Shown: one piece after another, positions 28,469 to 36,652 of the stretch | How positions within the stretch are numbered: the stretch's first letter is position 1 | Layout of the letters: the number at the start of each line of letters is the position of its first letter | DNA from: a virus | Taxonomy: Duplodnaviria; Caudoviricetes | IMG/VR virus record: IMGVR_UViG_3300037484_000558 | Span: 1-37,749 of that record | Length of the DNA: 37,749 nt | Reading direction: 5' to 3' (one strand) | Notes under the pieces: generated by a model | Told to the model about the DNA's origin: nothing | Database searches by the model: none | Seen by the model: only the letters and a program-made list of their open reading frames with translations | Made by a program: the position numbers and the translations under genes

Positions 28469-28843
28469 AATGCCCTCGATGGCACTTTCTTGCCAAGATT
28501 TTAGAATCAGTCCGCTTCCCACTTCACATATTATATCGGGGATTAGCAAGAAAGTTGCGCAGGAAAATTTTTGACAACAAAGTGCCACCGCTTGGGATCG
28601 AGAATTCCCGGATCTAAGGACAAAATAACCCTCCCTCCCACTGATATTAAACTCAAGAGGCACGTTTTATGGTATTTGATACATGATACTTGATACTTGA
28701 ATACCCAGAAATGACCCAAGATACAAGATCCAAGATGCTTGATTCTAATATTTTTCACGGGGTAGGTCACAGTCGATAGGGAACCACGTGCCGGATTCTC
28801 CGATCCCGCAGATTGTATCGACGAAATAACCCTGCACGGTAGT

Positions 28844-28867
28844 ATCGGAGAATCTAGATTCTCCGAT
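28844..28867. repeat. Perfect 24-bp palindrome ATCGGAGAATCTAGATTCTCCGAT
   Basis: Self-complementary by inspection. Confidence 0.9.
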
Positions 28868-28971
28868 TTTACCATCGGATTTCGTTGTCGTTTTCCGATA
28901 TGGTGTTGACTAGTGGATGTTCGGGAAGCGTACGCAACATAGCACGTATGCTATCTAGAGTAGGGGTTGAA

Positions 28972-29021
28972 TGTTCCTTGTCCCGTTGTTCCTTGTCCCG
29001 TTGTTCCTTGTCCCGTTGTTC
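28972..29021. repeat. 15-bp tandem repeat TGTTCCTTGTCCCGT x3 plus a partial copy
   Basis: Exact tandem copies. Confidence 0.95.
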
Positions 29022-29147
29022 GCGTAGAATAGCGGTTAGGTATCGCATGTTAGAACATTCTAGGCTGTAGGGTAGTTTGGGCGATTGCTGCGATAATCAC
29101 GAGTAGGGCAAAAGCGAGTAGCATTGAATACCGTCCTTTCTACTTCA

Positions 29148-29175
29148 ATACTACTATGCAACGTGCGCTTGTCAA
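29148..29175 (-). promoter_or_regulatory. Sigma70-like promoter pointing toward the late operon
   Basis: TTGACA-N16-TAGTAT on the minus strand. Confidence 0.5.
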
Positions 29176-29202
29176 GGAAACCAGATAATAAAATCAGGGA
29201 TT

Positions 29203-29580
29203 CTAGCTCAGCCTACTAGACTCCCGCTACGCTGAACTAGGCGACGTGGTTCTAGACTCCCGCTACTAGAACCACGTCGCCTAGTTGTCTAGGCTGAGCT
29301 AAGCGACGTGGTTCTAGTAGCGGGAGTCTAGAACCACGTCGCCTAGAACCACGTCGCCTAGCTCAGCCTAGACAACTAGGCGACGTGGTTCTAGACTGAG
29401 CTAGGCGACGTGGTTCTAGCTCAGCCTACTAGACTCCCGCTACGCTGAGCTAGGCGACGTGGTTCTAGACTCCCGCTACGCTGAGCTAGTCTCCCGCTAC
29501 GCTGAGCTAGACTCCCGCTACGCTGAGCTAGTCTCCCGCTACGCTGAGCTAGTCTCCCGCTACGCTGAGCTAAACCACGT
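29203..29580. repeat. Modular CTAG-jointed repeat array
   Basis: 23 CTAG sites separating four short modules in both orientations; ends in five 21-bp tandem units. Confidence 0.95.
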
Positions 29581-29647
29581 TTTCCCGATTTTGAGTGTAC
29601 CTAAGTCTATGCGGCGCAGCTACTTGTGAACATTCCCGAAATTTTGC

Positions 29648-29875
29648 TTGACTACGCTAGGCTGCGCAGTAAGCTTGCAATGTTCAAGGAAGAACATGCG
29701 ACGCAAGGAACGGTTAGCGTCAAGACTATTCGGCTACCTATTCGGAGAAAATTTTGCGGTTCACTTGACAAGTGAATTTTGCAAGCTATGCTTCATATAG
29801 TCAAGGAAGACAACGCAACGCAACGGAAAAAATCTTGCAGAATTTACTTGACAACGGAAAAACGCAAGTTATACT
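29648..29875 (+). promoter_or_regulatory. Three tandem sigma70-like promoters
   Basis: TTGACT-N16-TAAGCT (29648), TTGACA-N16-TATGCT (29765), TTGACA-N16-TATACT (29848). Confidence 0.7.
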
Positions 29876-29916
29876 TCAGATAGTTAGGAAACAACGTCCA
29901 AGGAAACGCCTATGCG

Positions 29917-29945
29917 AGAATAAAATCAAGCTATACGCTTGTCAA
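29917..29945 (-). promoter_or_regulatory. Sigma70-like promoter convergent with the tandem promoters
   Basis: TTGACA-N17-TATTCT on the minus strand. Confidence 0.5.
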
Positions 29946-30205
29946 CCGCGGGGATAGCCTACCCTAGAAAATTGGCAAAATGAATTGTGGCTTACTCTCT
30001 GTGCCACCGTGGGGTGTCGAGTGAAAACTCGGCAGACATCACAACAGGGACAACGCAAACCACCTACCGGGGTGCCCATCGGAAACGATGAACCGGATAA
30101 ATGGAGTCTCTGGTGTTAGCGGAAAAAGAAGCATTAGGATGGTAATAAGCCTTCTTTGTTCAAAGCTACGGAGACTCGTGATACCCCGATAGAATCGAGG
30201 GAACC

Positions 30206-30445
30206 ATGAATCTACGTGATAGACTTGCTACCGAGGTTGAATTTAATATCGGTGACGATGTTTGCTGGCTGGATGGTACTGGTGACCTGTATACCGGCAC
30301 AATCATCGAAGTCGATTCAATCAACAAATGGTTTGTCGTACGCTGCGACCAGTACGCTGGTTTGCAACTCGACGTCTGCTATGTCTGTTATGACCGGAAC
30401 AACCGGCTGATGAACCATCAGTTAACAAAGTTCAATCGAAACTGA
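30206..30445 (+). CDS. Small SH3/KOW-like hypothetical protein (79 aa)
   Basis: GAGGG RBS; FNIGDDV...GTIIEV pattern. Confidence 0.65.
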   Translation: MNLRDRLATEVEFNIGDDVCWLDGTGDLYTGTIIEVDSINKWFVVRCDQYAGLQLDVCYVCYDRNNRLMNHQLTKFNRN

Positions 30446-30594
30446 CCAATACAACGCGTACCCCGAATGTTGGGTCTAAATGGCGGTTGCGTTGTACGTC
30501 ACCCCGCCCTACACTCTACCCCATTCGGGGTATCACAAGTCTCCGTAGCGTGCGTTGAGTTCAAAATCAATTCGCGTTTTTCGGAGATTTTCTC

Positions 30595-31668
30595 ATGGCG
30601 AAGCAGCCAAGTGTTACGAAACTGATTGATTTCTCGATGCTCTACCGCGCTGACAACGTGCGGGATGAAACGTGTACCCGGATTCCGGACATGGTTTCTT
30701 CCCTCAAGGTCAACGGCTTCAAAGTGAATCACCCACTGGTGGTTTCGCTCAAGGCCGACAACCGCGCCCTTGTCCTGTGCGGAAACCGGCGGGAAGAGGC
30801 GCTGGAGCACCTTCAGGCCAATGACTTGGAGGCGTTCAAGGCGGCCTTGCCGGGCGGCAAGGTGCCGTGTATCGTGTACACGGGCCTGACGGAGGAAGAG
30901 GAAATCCTGTTGCGAATTGACCACGGGCCACAAGAGGACCGCGTCCCGTTGTCCGAATGGGGCAAGTTCCTGGCCATCAAGCAGCTTCTCCGCGCCTACC
31001 CTGGCGAAAGCCAGGCGAAAATCGCCGAGAAGCTCGGCATCTTCAACACGAAGGGAAAGGGCATCGGCGAACCGAACCGGAGCTACGTGCAAGTTCGCGT
31101 GAACTTGGCAAGGCTGCCGGAGTACATCCAGGCTGAGTTTAAGAAGCTCAGCGTGTCCGGCAATGACGCCACCCCGGTTCGCTGGAGCAACGTGAAAGAG
31201 CTGTACACGGCATTCAACGCCGAGTTCGGCCCCTTCCCCGATGGGGACGGTCCCCAGTTGAAGACGGCATGGGAGAAAATCATCAATCCCGCGCCGGAAG
31301 TGCCGGTGGACGATACCACCCCGAAACCCACGTCGCTGTCACCCGAAGCCGCTCGCGCTCGCGCTCAGAACGCGGCGAGCAAGGCAATCAAGCGGGTCTA
31401 CTTGGCCGCAACCGGGCAGGGTGGCGATATCGTCCAGATCGACAGCATGTTGCTGGAAATGGAAACCAGCCACGAGTTGCTGGGCATGATTCGCGCCTAC
31501 CTCGGCGCGGACGAGTACGCCAGTCTCGTGAACCGCTCGCGCGAACACCGGGTTGCGGAAGAGACCGCGCAAGCGGAACGCAACCGGGCCGAAGCCGAAG
31601 CGAAAGCCGCTGCCGAAGCCGCTCCCATCGTGGCCGAAGCCGCTGTCGAAGTCGTGGTCAACAGCTAG
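30595..31668 (+). CDS. ParB/Srx N-terminal domain protein (357 aa)
   Basis: GGAG RBS; NG...PLVV...LCGNRREEAL (ParB GxRR box); SQAKIAEKLG HTH-like segment. Confidence 0.75.
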   Translation: MAKQPSVTKLIDFSMLYRADNVRDETCTRIPDMVSSLKVNGFKVNHPLVVSLKADNRALVLCGNRREEALEHLQANDLEAFKAALPGGKVPCIVYTGLTEEEEILLRIDHGPQEDRVPLSEWGKFLAIKQLLRAYPGESQAKIAEKLGIFNTKGKGIGEPNRSYVQVRVNLARLPEYIQAEFKKLSVSGNDATPVRWSNVKELYTAFNAEFGPFPDGDGPQLKTAWEKIINPAPEVPVDDTTPKPTSLSPEAARARAQNAASKAIKRVYLAATGQGGDIVQIDSMLLEMETSHELLGMIRAYLGADEYASLVNRSREHRVAEETAQAERNRAEAEAKAAAEAAPIVAEAAVEVVVNS

Positions 31669-31742
31669 GACGCAACCGCGTAGGGCCATGGAAGGCCCGT
31701 TTCTTTCTCCCCGCGCTGATTTTAACCTCAAGAGAGCACCGA

Positions 31743-31997
31743 ATGAAAGACAAAGAATCGAGCAAGCTGGCCGAAGAGGCGTTGACCAAAGCGGCCAGTC
31801 ACTATCGACGTGTCCGAAGGGACGAAATGACGTTGTACCAACTGGCCGATCGCTACAATCTGAAGGTCGATTCGCAGCCGGTGCAAGCCGCGGCCACAGT
31901 AACCGCGGAGCAACTACTACAAACGATCATCGGCGTTCGCGCCGACGGCGTTCTGTCACCCGAAGCGATACTGTCGTTCGCGGGGATTCGCGCCTAG
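31743..31997 (+). CDS. Hypothetical protein (84 aa)
   Basis: ATG 31743 after a purine-rich RBS (MKDKESSKLAEE...). The longer upstream extension overlaps the ParB-like gene and is unlikely. Confidence 0.65.
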   Translation: MKDKESSKLAEEALTKAASHYRRVRRDEMTLYQLADRYNLKVDSQPVQAAATVTAEQLLQTIIGVRADGVLSPEAILSFAGIRA

Positions 31998-32008
31998 TCC
32001 AACGTGAA

Positions 32009-32043
32009 AGCCGCCTGTACCCCCGAAAGGGGTATAGGCGGCT
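32009..32043 (+). other. Strong intergenic RNA hairpin with a GAAA loop
   Basis: AGCCGCCTGTACCCC...GGGGTATAGGCGGCT; no clear U-tract. Confidence 0.65.
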
Positions 32044-32070
32044 ATGATTTCAAAATCAGGAAAGGCGATC

Positions 32071-32211
32071 ATGTACGTCGTTTTAATTAACGGTGCGCCA
32101 GAACGTATCTACGTCTATGAGAAAGACGCCGATGAATACGCCCGCGCTCACCGCGGTCATTGGATCTTCTGTAAGGTGTACGACGCTGGCCACAAGTGTT
32201 GCACCAACTGA
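32071..32211 (+). CDS. Small hypothetical protein (46 aa), not in the ORF track
   Basis: AGGAAAGG RBS; MYVVLINGAPERIYVYEKDADEYARAHRGHWIFCKVYDAGHKCCTN; stop abuts the terminator. Confidence 0.65.
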   Translation: MYVVLINGAPERIYVYEKDADEYARAHRGHWIFCKVYDAGHKCCTN

Positions 32212-32213
32212 CG

Positions 32214-32261
32214 AATGCCCCTCCGGCAGCCCGAAAGGGATTGCCGGAGGGGCATTTTTTT
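32214..32261 (+). terminator. Intrinsic terminator ending the plus-strand unit
   Basis: ATGCCCCTCCGGCA...TGCCGGAGGGGCAT followed by a T-run. Confidence 0.9.
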
Positions 32262-32930
32262 GCGCTCGCGCCAACCAACACTACGTGTCCGCGCTGATTT
32301 TAACATCAATGAAGGGACCACAACAAGGCGATCCTCGCTTCGGGTTATATAGATGTATGTATCTATGAATACTAATGATGGCGCTTTCTTGCCAAGACGT
32401 AAGACTCAACGCCTCCGCGCTGCTGTCGAGTGCCCTAGAATGACCGGCAAGGCCCCTCACGCCTCCAAGGTAGCACGCAAGGCCCATCTTTGGGCAACTA
32501 TGTCAAGGCGACTCTGGACGCTTCCTGCGCAATCCTACGCGGTCCGCGCCTAAGTCAAGGCACCATAACGACTTGCGGAAATACCGGATTTCTCAATTTG
32601 CCCTTCTTCTATATGTAATTTTGGTTCTAAATTCTCCTATACACCTGATGCCTGTTCTGTAATTCCTGTAACCGATCCAAGGTCGAGAGTCCTAAGTCAA
32701 GGCCCTGAAAGGACTTACGGCGAGTTGCGCCCGCGCCGAAAGTTACAGGAAATAATAGCAAATGTTCACTAAAATAAAACTTTCCCCATTAGAGGGGTTC
32801 GAGAATCTTAATGATGACGCGCAACTCTGCCATAATGACAGTCTTGCCAAGATTCTGCACTCCTAGATTTAAGCGCTTATTTCGACTTAAGCGCTTGTTT
32901 TAAGCGCCTCTGATACTAAAATCATGAAAC

Positions 32931-32970
32931 GAAGAAAGGCCCCGCCAGAGCTACTCGGCTCCGACGGGGC
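32931..32970 (-). terminator. Terminator ending the right-hand minus-strand unit
   Basis: GCCCCG...CGGGGC stem followed by CTTTCTTC on the minus strand. Confidence 0.65.
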
Positions 32971-32988
32971 TATGTATCGAGCGCTTAT

Positions 32989-33540
32989 CTACAGTAGGCG
33001 TTTATCGAGCGCCTCCAACGCCCAGTACAACGCCTTACGGGCATCGAACAGGGCTTCATGTTCCTTGCCTTCCAGTTCCGAGGGCGTGGCGAAGCTATCG
33101 AGTCCAGGAATCCCGTCCCAAGTAGCGTACTGAGCACCCGGATCGAGCGCTCGATGCGTGAACAGATGTTTGGGGAATCCATTGAGTTTCCACAGGAACT
33201 GCCGGTCAAACCCTTGGAAGTTCTTGCCACAGGGATGCACTCGTCCCTCACTCCCAATATACCCGACTAACCATTCCTTGAACTGCGGTCCCAACTCATG
33301 AATCCTGATCCAGCCGAGCGTAGCCGTCTTGGGCAACCTCGCCATCTCAGCAATCAGCTTTGAGTTTAACATCAAAGCAAACGGCGCCCCTTCAAGGCGA
33401 TCCCAGCGAATCTTGGCATGGAAGAAGGGATAGTCCGACAGCTTCGGCTTCTTCTCCAACGCCAATACGGCGGCAAACTCCAACACTTGATCCTTCTCGC
33501 TGTCCAGGCCGGTCGTTTCGATATCAATTGAGCAATACAT
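32989..33540 (-). CDS. DEDDh 3'-5' exonuclease (183 aa)
   Basis: IDIETTG, GKN...FD and HEALFD motifs. Confidence 0.88.
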   Translation of the reverse strand: MYCSIDIETTGLDSEKDQVLEFAAVLALEKKPKLSDYPFFHAKIRWDRLEGAPFALMLNSKLIAEMARLPKTATLGWIRIHELGPQFKEWLVGYIGSEGRVHPCGKNFQGFDRQFLWKLNGFPKHLFTHRALDPGAQYATWDGIPGLDSFATPSELEGKEHEALFDARKALYWALEALDKRLL

Positions 33541-33673
33541 GTTGGTTTCCCATCACTTCAAGTAGAGTAGCGAACTGAGGCCAAGAGACTCCCTTCTTCA
33601 AGTCAAGAGCCACACTTCCATAATACAGGAGCAGCACGTTCCGAACATCCAACACGTAACACATACCCACCAC
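33524..33673 (-). CDS. Possible small hypothetical protein (~49 aa)
   Basis: Fills the gap between MTase and exonuclease; GGAG before GTG 33673; start uncertain. Confidence 0.35.
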   Translation of the reverse strand: MVGMCYVLDVRNVLLLYYGSVALDLKKGVSWPQFATLLEVMGNQHVLLN

Positions 33674-33689
33674 GTAAACGGCTCCGCCT

Positions 33690-34448
33690 TCAAGCCAGAC
33701 CGTCTCCCCATCGCACAACTGGAACTCCCATGTCCAGCCCGGCGCGGTTAGCGTAGTTATCCGAGATTTCGCAGCCATCGCAATCCCTTTCCATCCGAGA
33801 CGCCACTCGCATGGTGGTTCCGGTTCCCAAGAAACAATCCAGTATGGTCCCACCCCTCGATACACTCGATATGATTACTCTTTCCATGAGCGCCTCCGGA
33901 TGTTGAGTCGGGTGCCAAGCTCTCCGTTCCTTGGCGTTCCCTACCACTCGGGGCACATCTTGGATGATAGGCATGTCCCAAACGTCATCAGGCACCCTTC
34001 CCTCCGCACAAGCCCGAGTGTCGCCGATCCGTTGCCTCTCCGATTCAACTCGTGGCAACTCAACCGGCTTCCACACCGGACTATTCACCCTTAGTAAATA
34101 CCTGAATCCCGATCCGAAATCAGTCGCACGATGCTGGCCGAAAGTGTATCGCCAAATAAAAGTTTTCCCACTGTGGGCCTGGAATCGGCCCTTCATCATG
34201 CTCCGCAGCCGGCCCTTGATTTCAATATCATGACTCCAGTAGTAACTGAGCCAAAACACATTGCACTTGCACAACGCGTTCCACATCAGCACTTCGAGCC
34301 AACCGTAGTAGGTCTCCGCTGACAGTTTGTCGTCGTAGTTGTCGTACTTGAGTCCGAGGTTGTCCGGCGGGTCCATCCAGATCATGTCGTACTTGTCACA
34401 CCGTCTCAAGTATTCCAGGCAGTCGCCGTTGATGATCTTCATAGCCAC
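33690..34448 (-). CDS. N6-A/N4-C DNA methyltransferase, beta class (252 aa)
   Basis: INGDC, DPP(D), HPTQHP and DCFLGTGTT motifs in motif IV-before-I order. Confidence 0.88.
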   Translation of the reverse strand: MAMKIINGDCLEYLRRCDKYDMIWMDPPDNLGLKYDNYDDKLSAETYYGWLEVLMWNALCKCNVFWLSYYWSHDIEIKGRLRSMMKGRFQAHSGKTFIWRYTFGQHRATDFGSGFRYLLRVNSPVWKPVELPRVESERQRIGDTRACAEGRVPDDVWDMPIIQDVPRVVGNAKERRAWHPTQHPEALMERVIISSVSRGGTILDCFLGTGTTMRVASRMERDCDGCEISDNYANRAGLDMGVPVVRWGDGLA

Positions 34449-34822
34449 GCGACTCCGAGTGTGAAGGACAAGTTGAACTTATCACCACGCCGACACTCGA
34501 TTTGGTGTTCCTGCTTCTTCAGTAGCATGTCCTGATACGTGAAGAAACTCGTTTTGACCACGACCCGACGCCGGATGTGCAGAGTCGGGAATCGGAGAGT
34601 CATGGTTCCTTCGACCTTGTCGATGATGCACTGTAGCGGAGCATCCAGTTCGTAGAGTCCGAGATTAGTCTCAACGAACCCGCGAATCGGGGCGTTCATT
34701 GAGTTCAACATCTTGACGTAGACCATGACTCGTTGGATCTTGCTGTAGTCCTGCAAGACCGGCGGTCTCACAGGTCTCTTCCGCCGGAATGGTGATATTA
34801 GTATCAAAGCAGGTGACTCCAA
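34439..34822 (-). CDS. Hypothetical protein (127 aa)
   Basis: Overlap-coupled ORF in the operon. Confidence 0.6.
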   Translation of the reverse strand: MESPALILISPFRRKRPVRPPVLQDYSKIQRVMVYVKMLNSMNAPIRGFVETNLGLYELDAPLQCIIDKVEGTMTLRFPTLHIRRRVVVKTSFFTYQDMLLKKQEHQIECRRGDKFNLSFTLGVAWL

Positions 34823-35130
34823 AGGTAGACCACATCGCGTGGCATTACGGGTCTCATAATCACTACTCTAAATCGCTTTGCCATCTCGATTAACCCGATA
34901 GTTCTCTTGGCTCCGTGCGTCAAGGGAACTTGGTGCACGAACAGTTGATCCCAACATCCTTCGGGATACCTGAGTGGCGTGCAATACGTCACGTCCAGTC
35001 CCTTCCACTCCCGATCCAACCAAAGATTCCCCGACCGAGAGCCGACGTAGAGAGTCGATTTGTCCTTCAACAGCGGCATCATTTCCCGGAACCAGGCTTC
35101 GCCCATTTCAGTGTGGATTGCGAAAATCAT
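34804..35130 (-). CDS. Hypothetical protein (108 aa)
   Basis: ATGA-coupled ORF. Confidence 0.65.
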   Translation of the reverse strand: MIFAIHTEMGEAWFREMMPLLKDKSTLYVGSRSGNLWLDREWKGLDVTYCTPLRYPEGCWDQLFVHQVPLTHGAKRTIGLIEMAKRFRVVIMRPVMPRDVVYLWSHLL

Positions 35131-35354
35131 AAGGATAGTTCTCGTACACGGACGGGATTCAGGTGAAACGTAATCATCGGAATCATGTCGCCGTTGTGGA
35201 GTGTGTCTTCGACTTCATCGAAGTATGCATCAAGTCGAAGCGACAAGATTCCAGACTGTTGTGCCGTCTCGTCCAGCTTCAGGAACAATTCGGCAATGCC
35301 TTCAGGCGTCAGGTTTGATGCCTTGATACGGTCGATGATTGATTTCGGTATCAT
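35127..35354 (-). CDS. Hypothetical protein (75 aa)
   Basis: ATGA-coupled ORF. Confidence 0.65.
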   Translation of the reverse strand: MIPKSIIDRIKASNLTPEGIAELFLKLDETAQQSGILSLRLDAYFDEVEDTLHNGDMIPMITFHLNPVRVRELSL

Positions 35355-35530
35355 GAATCAGGCTTCCAAGTTAGGTTATCGTCGCCATTCGACACCACAT
35401 ATCGCCCTTCAGGCACGTGATCCTCCAGGTACGGGCTACCACAACAGCCGCATCCATGTATCCGTATGCGATACTTCTTGGTCAGTTCGGTAAGTTCAAC
35501 GAGGAATGCTTCAACCTGTTCAAGTCCCAT
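35351..35530 (-). CDS. Small GCGCCGSP-motif protein (59 aa), not in the ORF track
   Basis: MGLEQVEAFLVELTELTKKYRIRIHGCGCCGSPYLEDH...; fills the gap exactly with an ATGA overlap. Confidence 0.7.
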   Translation of the reverse strand: MGLEQVEAFLVELTELTKKYRIRIHGCGCCGSPYLEDHVPEGRYVVSNGDDNLTWKPDS

Positions 35531-36230
35531 TCATTCGTTTCCTGGTCTGGATGTAGTAGGTTTCGCAGTTTCGGCAATCCTTGCACAGCCCGCCGCACGT
35601 CGTGACCAGTCGCTGATCGTAGTATCGTTTCATCACGGCTTCGACGAACTTGTAGGTCGGGCAGTAGTACGCATTAAGAATTCTTTTCCGGTACTCGTAG
35701 CAATCGCCCGCCAGTAGCCCCACTTCCTGTTCGTCAACCTGCGGTGTTTGACTATAGTACGCCATGAACGTGAGCACGACTGGCACTTCAACCAGCGTCC
35801 ATTCCCACACAGCCTGATCAATCAGCTTCAGATTGGTTCCACTGACACGTAATCTCACGAACATCAGATTCGCGGGGACCAGAGAATCTTGCGGCAAGGT
35901 CCAGGCCGGCTCTTCCTCACGAGGATTCGCGGTAAACACGACAGGCCCAATAAAGTCAAACCTTGGGATCGACGTGTTGAAGAAGAACCGTTCGTAGTAC
36001 AGAGCCGTCCGCTCGACCAGACTCTTTTCGATATTAGAATCATGGCCGCAGTTCATCCTCACGATCGCCCCAGGAGGGAGCGTCGCCGGTTCCGGAATCG
36101 AGGGCGTTTCTGTGTAGAACGCACCGGGCCTGTTGAAGAAGCATTGATTGCAGCCGCGGGGACACTTGCCCGCCTGAGGGACACAATCGTAGAGTACGCT
36201 GCCGTCTTGCTTTGGATTGCGTTTCGTCAT
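35520..36230 (-). CDS. Radical-SAM-like Fe-S protein (236 aa)
   Basis: CPRGCNQCFF (CxxxCxxC) near the N-terminus; CGGLCKDCRNC near the C-terminus. Confidence 0.6.
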   Translation of the reverse strand: MTKRNPKQDGSVLYDCVPQAGKCPRGCNQCFFNRPGAFYTETPSIPEPATLPPGAIVRMNCGHDSNIEKSLVERTALYYERFFFNTSIPRFDFIGPVVFTANPREEEPAWTLPQDSLVPANLMFVRLRVSGTNLKLIDQAVWEWTLVEVPVVLTFMAYYSQTPQVDEQEVGLLAGDCYEYRKRILNAYYCPTYKFVEAVMKRYYDQRLVTTCGGLCKDCRNCETYYIQTRKRMNGT

Positions 36231-36652
36231 TAACCGATCCTATAGTTGGGTTTCTTGTAGGTGTTCTCGTAGCAAATGGTCATGGGCCAGAATTCCTCGC
36301 CGCGTCGCAAGTAGACCGGCTTGTCGGGGAAGCTAAATGCCAACTCCCCGTCCCGGTAAATCTCGACCTTTGTGATTTTAGTATCACGCCGCACCCTCAT
36401 GGAACGGAACTGCACGTAAATATAGCTGAGCGACCAGCTTTTGTGCTCCAAATGAGTATTCTCGAACACGCCCATCGACGTGTAGACCCAGGCAACCACG
36501 CCGTCCTTGAGTTTCCCGCGGGGTCGCTTGTATCCGTAGAACGGAGAGTCATTGTGAAAGAGCCAGTAGACTACCCTGAATAGCAGGCACACACCTGCCC
36601 CAACCAGTGCTGCAACGAAGAAGTCTCGGATCATGTCTTGTAAACTCCCCAT
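36230..36652 (-). CDS. Hypothetical protein with an N-terminal TM helix (140 aa)
   Basis: FFVAALVGAGVCLLFRVVYWLF; coupled ORF. Confidence 0.6.
   Translation of the reverse strand: MGSLQDMIRDFFVAALVGAGVCLLFRVVYWLFHNDSPFYGYKRPRGKLKDGVVAWVYTSMGVFENTHLEHKSWSLSYIYVQFRSMRVRRDTKITKVEIYRDGELAFSFPDKPVYLRRGEEFWPMTICYENTYKKPNYRIG

Noticed and set aside
28478-28498. Sigma54 promoter (TGGCAC...TTGC)
   Set aside because: GG-to-GC spacing is 9 nt on either strand rather than the required 10.
28469-28875. N-terminal extension of the terS ORF and ORF 28543..28875
   Set aside because: They run through repeat-rich regulatory DNA; the better RBS precedes ATG 28468.
29203-29580. CRISPR array interpretation of the CTAG repeats
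   Set aside because: No unique spacers, modules are short and inverted, and no cas genes are present.
31269-32047. Overlapping plus-strand ORFs 31269..31997 (full length) and 31553..32047
   Set aside because: Alternative frames of the ParB-like gene; only 31743..31997 has a plausible start.
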